This document shows positions 1 through 7,851 of a DNA stretch of 64,000 nt, one piece after another. A program made the translations under genes and the position numbers. Source of the stretch: Acidimicrobiia bacterium. GTDB lineage: Bacteria; Actinomycetota; Acidimicrobiia; Acidimicrobiales; Bin134. The notes beneath the pieces were generated by a model. That model ran no database searches and had not been told where the DNA came from. It saw nothing but the letters and a program-made list of their open reading frames with translations. Every line of letters starts with the position of its first letter. The first letter of the stretch is position 1. Location of the stretch: assembly GCA_022822905.1 (NCBI GenBank), contig JAJDYE010000040.1, positions 262 to 64,261 of the forward strand, given 5' to 3'.

Positions 1-1
1 C

Positions 2-1051
2 GCGGCGGCCAGTGCCGCCGAGAGCACCGGCGCGCGCAATGTGCGGGTGAATCTCAGCCCCGCGCCGCATCGCAGCATCACCCTCGGCTACACCGTCGGC
101 GGCACCGCCACGCGCGGCAGCGACTACACCGTCTCGGGCTCGGCTGCCGTGAGCGCCGGGGCGACGTTCGTGGACATCGGCGTGGTACTGGCCGACGACT
201 CCGCCGCGGAACCTGACGAGACGGTGGTGCTGACCTTGAGCGCCGGCAACGGCTACAGCGTCGGATCGCGCGGCGTGTTCACCTTGACGGTCACCGATGA
301 CGACGTGGCGCCCGGCACTCCGACGGCCGCCTTCGCATCCGCGGCCGAGTCGGTGAGCGAGGGCGTGGGGACGCATTCGGTGACGCTGCATGTGCTGCCC
401 GCACCGACGTCGCCCATCACGGTGCGCTACACGGTGGGCGGCAGCGCCGATCCTGCCTCCGATTACACGGCGCCGGGCGGCACGGTGAGCGTGAGCGCCT
501 ACACCACCAGCGCGACCATTGACATCCCCATCACCGGCGATGCTGCCAACGAGGGCGACGAGACGGTGGTGCTGACGCTGAGCGCCCCGGGCGGCGGCGC
601 CGGGTATGTGCTGGGCGGGCAGAGCTCCTACACGTTGACGATTCTCGATGACGACGCGACCCCGACTACGCCTCGCGTGTGGTTCAACAGCTCGGCGATT
701 CGCGTGCCGGAGCATCAGCGCGCTCTCTACCCGACCGTGTACCTGGACCCGTGGCCGTCCAGTGACCTCGCGATCCATTTCGCGATAGACACCAACGTCT
801 CCACTGCCACGCTCAATGAGGACTACAGGCTGTACCGGCGGCTGCGAGATCCCGACGGCGACGGCGTGTACCACGGCACCTTCATCGCGGATGCCGACAA
901 CTTCCGCCGCTGGGCCAAGCTCTCGGTGCTGTTCATCCAAGACGGTGTCCGCGAAGGCGACGAGACCATCGTCATCCACCTGCTCAACGGACCGGGCTAC
1001 ACCCTGGGCGACATACCCACCGACACCCTCACCCTCACCCTCACCGACTGA
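2..1051 (+). CDS. Calx-beta domain repeat surface protein, 5' truncated by window
   Basis: Frame open from base 2; repeated motifs 'YTVGG.A...SDY', 'E.DETVVLTL', 'LTILDDD'. Confidence 0.85.
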   Translation, partial: AAASAAESTGARNVRVNLSPAPHRSITLGYTVGGTATRGSDYTVSGSAAVSAGATFVDIGVVLADDSAAEPDETVVLTLSAGNGYSVGSRGVFTLTVTDDDVAPGTPTAAFASAAESVSEGVGTHSVTLHVLPAPTSPITVRYTVGGSADPASDYTAPGGTVSVSAYTTSATIDIPITGDAANEGDETVVLTLSAPGGGAGYVLGGQSSYTLTILDDDATPTTPRVWFNSSAIRVPEHQRALYPTVYLDPWPSSDLAIHFAIDTNVSTATLNEDYRLYRRLRDPDGDGVYHGTFIADADNFRRWAKLSVLFIQDGVREGDETIVIHLLNGPGYTLGDIPTDTLTLTLTD

Positions 1052-1074
1052 CAAGGGAGCCTATGACAGGCCCC

Positions 1075-2271
1075 CTAGTTGTTGTAGGCCGTCTCGGCGT
1101 GCAGCGACTGGTCTAGGCCGACGCTCTCATCCTCGGCTGAGGCCCGGATACCAATGGTGCGGTGGAGCACGATGGCGATGATGTAGGTGGCCACGAAGCT
1201 GTACGCCATGACCGCCACGATGGAGATGATCTGGTTGGCCAGCAGCTCTCCGCCGCCGAAGAACACGCCGTTTATGAACACCTCGCCGGCGATGGCCCCG
1301 GAGTCGGCGAAGAATCCGATCAGCACGCCGCCGATGACGCCGCCGAACATGTGTATGCCCACCACGTCGAGGCTGTCGTCGTACTTGTAGCGAAGCTTGA
1401 GCCCGATGGCCAAAAAGCACAGCACCCCGGCCGCGGCGCCGATCACGATGGAGGACATGGCCCCCACGAAACCGGCTGCGGGGGTGATGGCCACCAGCCC
1501 GGCCACAATGCCCGAGGCCATGCCCAGCGCGGTGGGCTTGCCGTCTTTGACGGTCTCGGCCACCATCCACGCGCACAGCCCGGCGGCCGCGGCCAAGAAG
1601 GTGGTCAAGAAGGCGTGAGAGGCGGTGAGATCAGAGGCCAGCGCCGAGCCGGCGTTGAACCCGAACCAGCCGAACCACAAGATGCCGGCACCCAGCAGCA
1701 CCAGCGGCAGATTGTGGGGGAAGTCCACGTCGCGGGGCCAGCCCTTGCGGGGGCCGAGGACAAGAACCAAGGCCAGGGCAGCCGCACCGGCGTTGATGTG
1801 GATGGCCGTACCACCGGCGAAGTCGTGGGCCGGAAGATCGGCAATCCAGCCTCCGCCGCCGTAGATCCAATAGACCACCGGCGAGTACACCACAAACGAC
1901 CAGACGGGCACGAAGATGGCCCAGGCGGAGAACTTCATCCGGCCGGCCACCGCCCCGGAGATGAGCGCAGGCGTGATGGCGGCAAAGGTCATGCCGAACA
2001 CGAATTCCCGCTTGGCCACCATGTCGTCAACCCCGTTGAGCCAGGCGGCGTCGAAGTCGCCGAACAGCGGGAAGCTCCAGTCGCCGGTGGCAAATCCAAA
2101 ACCGGCCACCGCCCACAGAATGGGGATGATGCCCAGGCAATACAGGTTCATGTTCATCATGTTGAGCACGTTCTTCGTGCCCACCATGCCCCCGTAGAAC
2201 AGGGCCAGGCCCGGCACCATGAACAAGACCAGCGCTGCGGATACGAGTACCCATGCGGTATCAGCGTCCAT
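1075..2271 (-). CDS. amtB: Ammonium transporter (Amt family)
   Basis: PGLALFYGG, DFAGGTAIH, LWFGWFGFNAGS, AGLVAITP, DDSLDVVGIH motifs; ATG 2271 with GGGAG RBS. Confidence 0.95.
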   Translation of the reverse strand: MDADTAWVLVSAALVLFMVPGLALFYGGMVGTKNVLNMMNMNLYCLGIIPILWAVAGFGFATGDWSFPLFGDFDAAWLNGVDDMVAKREFVFGMTFAAITPALISGAVAGRMKFSAWAIFVPVWSFVVYSPVVYWIYGGGGWIADLPAHDFAGGTAIHINAGAAALALVLVLGPRKGWPRDVDFPHNLPLVLLGAGILWFGWFGFNAGSALASDLTASHAFLTTFLAAAAGLCAWMVAETVKDGKPTALGMASGIVAGLVAITPAAGFVGAMSSIVIGAAAGVLCFLAIGLKLRYKYDDSLDVVGIHMFGGVIGGVLIGFFADSGAIAGEVFINGVFFGGGELLANQIISIVAVMAYSFVATYIIAIVLHRTIGIRASAEDESVGLDQSLHAETAYNN

Positions 2272-2327
2272 CACCACTCCCCGTGCATTGACGGCTATCC
2301 CGCCTGTTGACACCGCCAGTATGCCAG

Positions 2328-2343
2328 GTTTGGCGGTTGTGAC
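2328..2343 (-). promoter_or_regulatory. Possible GlnR box upstream of amtB
   Basis: Minus strand GTCAC-n6-CAAAC resembles gTnAc-n6-GaAAc; a CATACT -10-like element follows. Confidence 0.35.
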
Positions 2344-2364
2344 CCTGAACCGTCTTCGTGTGGG

Positions 2365-2826
2365 TCAGCCGTGGCGTTGGCGGTGTACGAAGGCCTTGGC
2401 CGCTCCCCACGTCAGGCCCGGGGCCTGGAGATCGGGGTGGATGTCGCTGAACGACACCGGGGCCAGGTTGTAGACGTCGTCGGGGAACCGGTCGATGGCG
2501 AAGTCGTCCCGCTCCACTGGGCTTGCGCCGGCGGCGCTCAGCACCTCGGTGGGGTAGATCACTGCCCGGCGCAAGACGGCCATGGGGTTTTCCCGCTGGT
2601 CGTCTATGTCGGCGGCCAGCAGCCGGGCCACCTTGCCGCCCACCGCGGCCGCCGCCGCCGCCCCGGCGGCCTCGGCGGCTTGTCGGTGGTGGGGCCCCAT
2701 ATCGGGCAGTCGGCTCTCCACCGCGGAGACCACCCAGCCGGGCAGGGCCTGCACGATGCCCTCGGCCAATTGCCGGGCGCACTCGGCGAGCTGGCGTTCA
2801 GCGGCGAGCAGTTCGTCGTCGGTCAA
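2365..2826 (-). CDS. Hypothetical protein coupled to larE
   Basis: TTG start overlaps the larE TGA; protein-like C-terminal part of ORF 2365..3375. Confidence 0.7.
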   Translation of the reverse strand: MTDDELLAAERQLAECARQLAEGIVQALPGWVVSAVESRLPDMGPHHRQAAEAAGAAAAAAVGGKVARLLAADIDDQRENPMAVLRRAVIYPTEVLSAAGASPVERDDFAIDRFPDDVYNLAPVSFSDIHPDLQAPGLTWGAAKAFVHRQRHG

Positions 2827-3647
2827 CGGCGCGGGGGTGACAGGCCGACGTCTACGGCCTTGCCCAGGGCGGAGTTCAGATTGCCGGAGCGGAGGCCCTC
2901 CAGATCCAGGGTGGCGTACCGGTAGCCGGCCTGGCGCATCGCATCCACCACCTCGGCGCGCCGGGCAACCACATCGGCCAGGCGTGCTTCGGGCACCTCG
3001 ATGCGGGCCAGGTCTCCATAGTGGCGCACCCGAAGCTCGGCGAAGCCCAAGCGCCGCAGGGCGGCTTCGGCGTCGCCCACCGACGCCAGCGCCCCCAACG
3101 TGACCGGCGTGCCGTAGGGTATCCGCGAGGCCAGGCAGGGGGCCGCAGGCTTGTCCCAGGTTCGCAAGCCCAGCCGCCGCGACCACTCCCGCACATCGGC
3201 TTTGGAGAATCCGGCTTCGACCAGGGGGAAGACCGCTCCCCGCTCGGCCGCTGCCCGCTGGCCGGGGCGGTGGTCGCCCAGGTCGTCGGTGTTCACGCCC
3301 AGGGCCACCACAGCCGAAAGGTCGGAGGCCAAAGGCGTCACCGCATCCATGAGCGCGTCTTTGCACCAGTAGCACCGGTCGCCGTCGTTGGCCACGTAGG
3401 CGGCCTGTCCCATCTCGGCGGTCTGCACTTCACGCCATTGCAGCCCCCATTCGGCCGCCAACGACCCGCACTCGTCCCGCTCGGCGCGGGCCAGCGAGGG
3501 CGACACCGCGGTAACGGCCGTGGCCCGCTCGCCCAGAACGTCGTGGGCCACCCAGGCCAGCAGCGAGGAGTCGGCCCCCCCGCTGAAAGCCACGACAACC
3601 CGGCCCATCTCTCCCAGGTCGCGCCGAAGCTGCTCCATGTCGCCCAC
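2823..3647 (-). CDS. larE: ATP-dependent sulfur transferase, LarE family
   Basis: PP-loop AFSGGADS, RCYWCK, HRPG, KPAAPCLASRIPYG. Confidence 0.85.
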   Translation of the reverse strand: MGDMEQLRRDLGEMGRVVVAFSGGADSSLLAWVAHDVLGERATAVTAVSPSLARAERDECGSLAAEWGLQWREVQTAEMGQAAYVANDGDRCYWCKDALMDAVTPLASDLSAVVALGVNTDDLGDHRPGQRAAAERGAVFPLVEAGFSKADVREWSRRLGLRTWDKPAAPCLASRIPYGTPVTLGALASVGDAEAALRRLGFAELRVRHYGDLARIEVPEARLADVVARRAEVVDAMRQAGYRYATLDLEGLRSGNLNSALGKAVDVGLSPPRR

Positions 3648-3750
3648 GGCACCATTGTTGCCGCCTGCCAGAGCGCCTGCGCCGCCGCTGCTGTTGCCGC
3701 CTGCCGAGTCGCCCACGGCACCATTGTTGCCGCCTGCCAGAGCGCCTGCG
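3639..3750. repeat. 43-bp direct repeat x2 (3639-3681, 3708-3750), 69-bp period
   Basis: gtcgcccacggcaccattgttgccgcctgccagagcgcctgcg occurs twice. Confidence 0.9.
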
Positions 3751-3804
3751 AAACCTAGCGGCATTGGCCGGGGGCCGAATAGCCAACCGCTAACGTGTCG
3801 GGTG

Positions 3805-5088
3805 ATGCGCAGAGGGGTTGTGCTGGTCGGTGTGGTGCTCGCTGTGCTGGTGGCGTGGGCCGCTCCGGGCCTCGCCCAGAATGAAGGCGAGCCCGACCAG
3901 TCCCAGCAAACGGTGCTGACGGGAACCCTCCGACTGGGCTTCGACCAGTTCTTCGCCGGTGTCGAGATAACCGCAGCCGATGAGTCGGGTACTCGGGTGG
4001 GCCGGGCCACCACCGACCAAGACGGGCGCTGGACAATCGAGGTGCCCGCCGCGGGCGACTATCTGGTGACGCTGAACGAGCAGACCCTTCCCGAGGGCAT
4101 AAGCCTGCGAGAGGGGCACCAGTCCACTGCCGGGGCAACCGTGTTGCAGGGCGCCTCCAGGGCCGTCGTGTTCGCGGTGGGCGAAGCCCCCAAGGGCACG
4201 CCATTCGGCGAGAGGGCCGCCCAGACTGTTTTCAACGGCCTCAAATTCGGCCTCATCATCGCCATGAGCGCAATCGGTTTGTCGCTCATTTACGGCACCA
4301 CCGGGCTTGTCAACTTCGCCCACGGCGAGTTGGTGACATTTGGAGCGGTTATAGCCTGGTACTTCAACACCTCGTGGGGCGGTCTGAACCTGGTGCTGGC
4401 CGCCCTGGCCGCCATGGTGGTGTGCGGACTGCTGGGCGCCGGGATGGAGACCGGCCTGTTCCGGCCATTGCGGCGCAAACGGCTCGGGATTTTCCAGCTC
4501 TTGGTTGTCACCATCGGCCTCTCTTTGCTCGGTCGCCAGCTCATCCAGCTCTTCTTCGGCCCCGAGCCCCTTCCCTACACCGACTTCCAGGTTCAACAGC
4601 GGTGGGAGTTCGGACCCTGGGCGGTCACCCCCAGAGAGGTGGTCACGGTGGCGGCGATCATCGCAGTGCTGGTGGGGGCGGGTTTGGTGCTCCAGTTCTC
4701 CCGCTTCGGCAAGGCCACCCGGGCCGTGTCGGACAACCCCGGCCTGGCTGAGGCCTCGGGCATCAACGTGAACCGGGTTGTGCTGTGGGTTTGGGTGCTG
4801 GGGACGACGCTGGCGGGGCTGGGAGGCGTGTTCCAGGGGCTGGACACCGACATCGACCCGTTCTTGGGCTTTCAGCTTCTGCTGCTGATTTTCGCCGGGG
4901 TGGAACTGGGAGGGTTTGGGACCGCCTTCGGGGCTCTGGTCGGATCGCTCATCATCGGCATGTCCACGGAGGTGAGCACTCTCTGGATATCGCCCGAGCT
5001 CAAGTTCGTGGTGCCGCTGGCCGCGCTCATCGGCATGGTGCTGCTCCGTCCCCAAGGCCTTTTCGGCATCAAGGAGCGGGTGGGCTAG
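3805..5088 (+). CDS. Branched-chain amino acid ABC permease (LivH-like) with N-terminal extracellular beta domain
   Basis: Signal peptide; GLSLIYGTTGLVNFAHG; RAVSDNPGLAEASGIN. Confidence 0.9.
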   Translation: MRRGVVLVGVVLAVLVAWAAPGLAQNEGEPDQSQQTVLTGTLRLGFDQFFAGVEITAADESGTRVGRATTDQDGRWTIEVPAAGDYLVTLNEQTLPEGISLREGHQSTAGATVLQGASRAVVFAVGEAPKGTPFGERAAQTVFNGLKFGLIIAMSAIGLSLIYGTTGLVNFAHGELVTFGAVIAWYFNTSWGGLNLVLAALAAMVVCGLLGAGMETGLFRPLRRKRLGIFQLLVVTIGLSLLGRQLIQLFFGPEPLPYTDFQVQQRWEFGPWAVTPREVVTVAAIIAVLVGAGLVLQFSRFGKATRAVSDNPGLAEASGINVNRVVLWVWVLGTTLAGLGGVFQGLDTDIDPFLGFQLLLLIFAGVELGGFGTAFGALVGSLIIGMSTEVSTLWISPELKFVVPLAALIGMVLLRPQGLFGIKERVG

Positions 5089-5124
5089 GTGGATTCAGGG
5101 TCGATGCGGTCCGGGGGCGATTAG

Positions 5125-6132
5125 ATGGATTTCAGCATCATCTTCGGCAACGCGGCCCGGGCCGCATTCGGCCCCGAGGCAGTGATATTGGCGCTGGCCG
5201 CTATCGGCTTGAACGTACACTTCGGCTACACCGGCCTGTTGAACATAGGCCAGGTGGGGTTCCTGCTGTTGGGGGCCTACGGCACCAGCGTCTCGGTAGC
5301 CACTTTCGGCTGGTCGCTGTGGGCCGGGGTGGTTGTGGGCCTCTTGCTGTCGGCGGCGTTTGCGGTGGCGCTCGGCTTTCCCACCCTGCGCCTGAACACG
5401 GTGATGTTCGCCATGGTCACCATTGCCGCTGCGGAGATCATACGGATTCTCATCGGCTCTACCGATGCCATCGGCCTCACCGGGGGCCCGCTCAGCGTGA
5501 GCTTCGACGCCGGCGCGTTCTACGACCTGAACCCGTATCCCGACGGGCCTCACGACCGCTACGGCATAGGAACCTTCGAGTTCACCGGCCAGCAGCTCTG
5601 GGTGATCACCGTGGGCTGGCTGTTGGTGGCGCTGGTCACCGCCGTGGTGGTCATGTTGGTGCGAAGCCCCTGGGGGCGGGTGCTGAAGTCGATCAGAGAA
5701 GACCAGGACGCTGCTCGCAGCCTGGGCAAGAACGTCTTCTCCTACAAGATGCAGGCCCTGGTCATCGGCGGCGTGATAGGCGGGATGGGAGGGGTGATCG
5801 ACGCCATCAAGACCTCCGGGGCAGACCCCAACGGATTCCGGCCCCAGGTGACCTTCTTCGCCTATACCGCCCTGTTGCTGGGCGGCTCGGCCACCTACCT
5901 GGGCCCGGTGCTGGGCGCGGTGCTGTTCTGGTTCCTGCGGGAGTGGATCGAGTCGTTCCTGCGCCAGATTGTCGAAGAAGCCTGGCTGCCCGATGTGGTG
6001 GCCGACTTCTTCGACGGCGCCGAAGGGGTCATCAGCGTCGCCATGGTGGGCGTGGCGCTCATTCTGCTGATGCTGCTCAGGCCTCAGGGAATAGTCGGCA
6101 ACCGCACGGAGATGCAGCTCGATGCCAGATGA
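5125..6132 (+). CDS. Branched-chain amino acid ABC permease (LivM-like)
   Basis: GLNVHFGYTGLLNIGQ; SPWGRVLKSIRED; RPQGI. Confidence 0.9.
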   Translation: MDFSIIFGNAARAAFGPEAVILALAAIGLNVHFGYTGLLNIGQVGFLLLGAYGTSVSVATFGWSLWAGVVVGLLLSAAFAVALGFPTLRLNTVMFAMVTIAAAEIIRILIGSTDAIGLTGGPLSVSFDAGAFYDLNPYPDGPHDRYGIGTFEFTGQQLWVITVGWLLVALVTAVVVMLVRSPWGRVLKSIREDQDAARSLGKNVFSYKMQALVIGGVIGGMGGVIDAIKTSGADPNGFRPQVTFFAYTALLLGGSATYLGPVLGAVLFWFLREWIESFLRQIVEEAWLPDVVADFFDGAEGVISVAMVGVALILLMLLRPQGIVGNRTEMQLDAR

Positions 6133-7024
6133 GCTGACCCCGCAGGCCGCCTCGGACCAGAGCGAGGCCGCACTGCCTCCCCCCGACGGAGGGGCACCTG
6201 CCATCGAGCCCATCTTGACGGTGCCGCATGAGCCGGGCGCTCCAAAGCCTGATCCGATCTTGGAGGTAGACGGGTTGAGCCGCAGCTTCGGCGGCCTGTT
6301 GGCGGTGGATGTGGACCACTTGGAAGTGCAGCGGGGGGTCACTACCGCGCTCATCGGGCCGAACGGCGCGGGCAAGACCACCCTGTTCAACCTCTTGAGC
6401 GGGTTTGAGCGGGCCGACACCGGGCATTGGTCGTTCAACGGGGAGGCGGTCACCAACCCGTCTGCCGACGCGCTGGCCCGCAACGGGATGATCCGCACCT
6501 TCCAGCTCACCAAATCGCTGGCCAAGCTCACCGTGATCGACAACGTGCTGCTCGGCGCTCCCCGGCAGTTGGGCGAGAGGCTCTGGGCCGCCCCGTTCCC
6601 CAGCAGGTGGCGATCACAGGAGGAGGCCAACACCGAGCGGGCCGAAGCGCTGCTGGAGAGGTTCAACCTGGCGCACATGCGAGACGAGCTGGCCGGCACG
6701 CTGTCGGGGGGCCAGCGCAAGCTGCTGGAAGTGGCCCGGGCGCTCATGGCCGACCCTGTCTTGATCATGTTGGACGAGCCCATGGCAGGAGTGAACCCGG
6801 CATTGGCCCAGTCGCTCATGCACCACATCACCCAGCTCGTGTACGAAGGGCTCAGCGTGGTCTTCATAGAGCATGCCATGGACGTGGTGACCGGCATCAG
6901 CGACTGGGTGGTGGTGCTGGCCCAAGGCCAGGTGATAGCCGAGGGGCCGCCCTGGAAGGTGATCCACGACGACCAGGTGATCGACGCCTACCTGGGGCGG
7001 CGCCGAGCGGGGGCGGAGCGGTGA
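6122..7024 (+). CDS. ABC ATPase (LivG-like)
   Basis: GPNGAGKTT, LSGGQ, LDEP, VIDAYLG. Confidence 0.92.
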   Translation: MPDELTPQAASDQSEAALPPPDGGAPAIEPILTVPHEPGAPKPDPILEVDGLSRSFGGLLAVDVDHLEVQRGVTTALIGPNGAGKTTLFNLLSGFERADTGHWSFNGEAVTNPSADALARNGMIRTFQLTKSLAKLTVIDNVLLGAPRQLGERLWAAPFPSRWRSQEEANTERAEALLERFNLAHMRDELAGTLSGGQRKLLEVARALMADPVLIMLDEPMAGVNPALAQSLMHHITQLVYEGLSVVFIEHAMDVVTGISDWVVVLAQGQVIAEGPPWKVIHDDQVIDAYLGRRRAGAER

Positions 7025-7806
7025 GCGGGAGCAGCGCGCCGGGCGGGAGCAGCGCGCCGAGCGGGGGCAGCATGCCGAGCGGGTTGACCCCGCTGGTGCG
7101 GGCCGACGATGTGGTGGCCGGCTACCTGCCGGGGGTGGACATCTTGAACGGCTGCTCGCTGGAGCTGCACACCGGCGAGGTCATCGGGATCATCGGCCCC
7201 AATGGGGCGGGAAAGTCCACCTTGCTGAAGGCCGTGTTCGGCTTGGTGGAGGTCCGCTCGGGTTCCATATTCCTCGGCGACGAGGACATCACCGGACTGG
7301 CCCCCTTTGAACTGGTGTCCCGGGGCATCGGCTTCGTACCCCAGACCGAGAACGTCTTCCCTCGGCTGACCATTCAGGAAAACCTGGAGATGGGGGTCTT
7401 CCAGAGACCCCACACCTTCGAGGCGCGGTTCGAGGCGGTGGCCGAGCTGTTCCCCCTTCTGGCCGAGCGCCGCAGCCATCGGGCCGACGGGCTGTCGGGG
7501 GGCCAGCGCCAGATGGTGGCCATAGGCCGGGCGCTGATGATGGATCCCCAGGTGGTGCTGCTGGACGAGCCCTCGGCCGGGCTATCTCCGGCCTACCAGG
7601 ACGAGGTGTTCGAACAGGTCACCCGGATTGCAGAGCGCGGCGTGTCGCTGATTCTGGTGGAGCAGAACGCCCGGCGGTGCCTGGAGATATGCGACCGCGG
7701 CTATGTGCTCGACCAGGGCACCAATGCCTACACCGGAACTGGTCAAGAGCTCCTCGACGATCCCAAGGTGGTCAGCCTGTACCTGGGCACCCTTATGGGT
7801 GCCTAG
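7021..7806 (+). CDS. ABC ATPase (LivF-like)
   Basis: GTGA overlap; GPNGAGKST, LSGGQRQM, LDEPSAGL, VEQN. Confidence 0.92.
   Translation: MSGSSAPGGSSAPSGGSMPSGLTPLVRADDVVAGYLPGVDILNGCSLELHTGEVIGIIGPNGAGKSTLLKAVFGLVEVRSGSIFLGDEDITGLAPFELVSRGIGFVPQTENVFPRLTIQENLEMGVFQRPHTFEARFEAVAELFPLLAERRSHRADGLSGGQRQMVAIGRALMMDPQVVLLDEPSAGLSPAYQDEVFEQVTRIAERGVSLILVEQNARRCLEICDRGYVLDQGTNAYTGTGQELLDDPKVVSLYLGTLMGA
7023..7083. repeat. Imperfect 18-bp tandem repeat (~3.4 copies) at the livF-like 5' end
   Basis: gagcgggagcagcgcgcc / gggcgggagcagcgcgcc / gagcgggggcagcatgcc / gagcggg. Confidence 0.8.
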
Positions 7807-7851
7807 CCCTGTATCGCCATCGCTCCGGTAGGGCACTAGCCTCGGCGGGCA

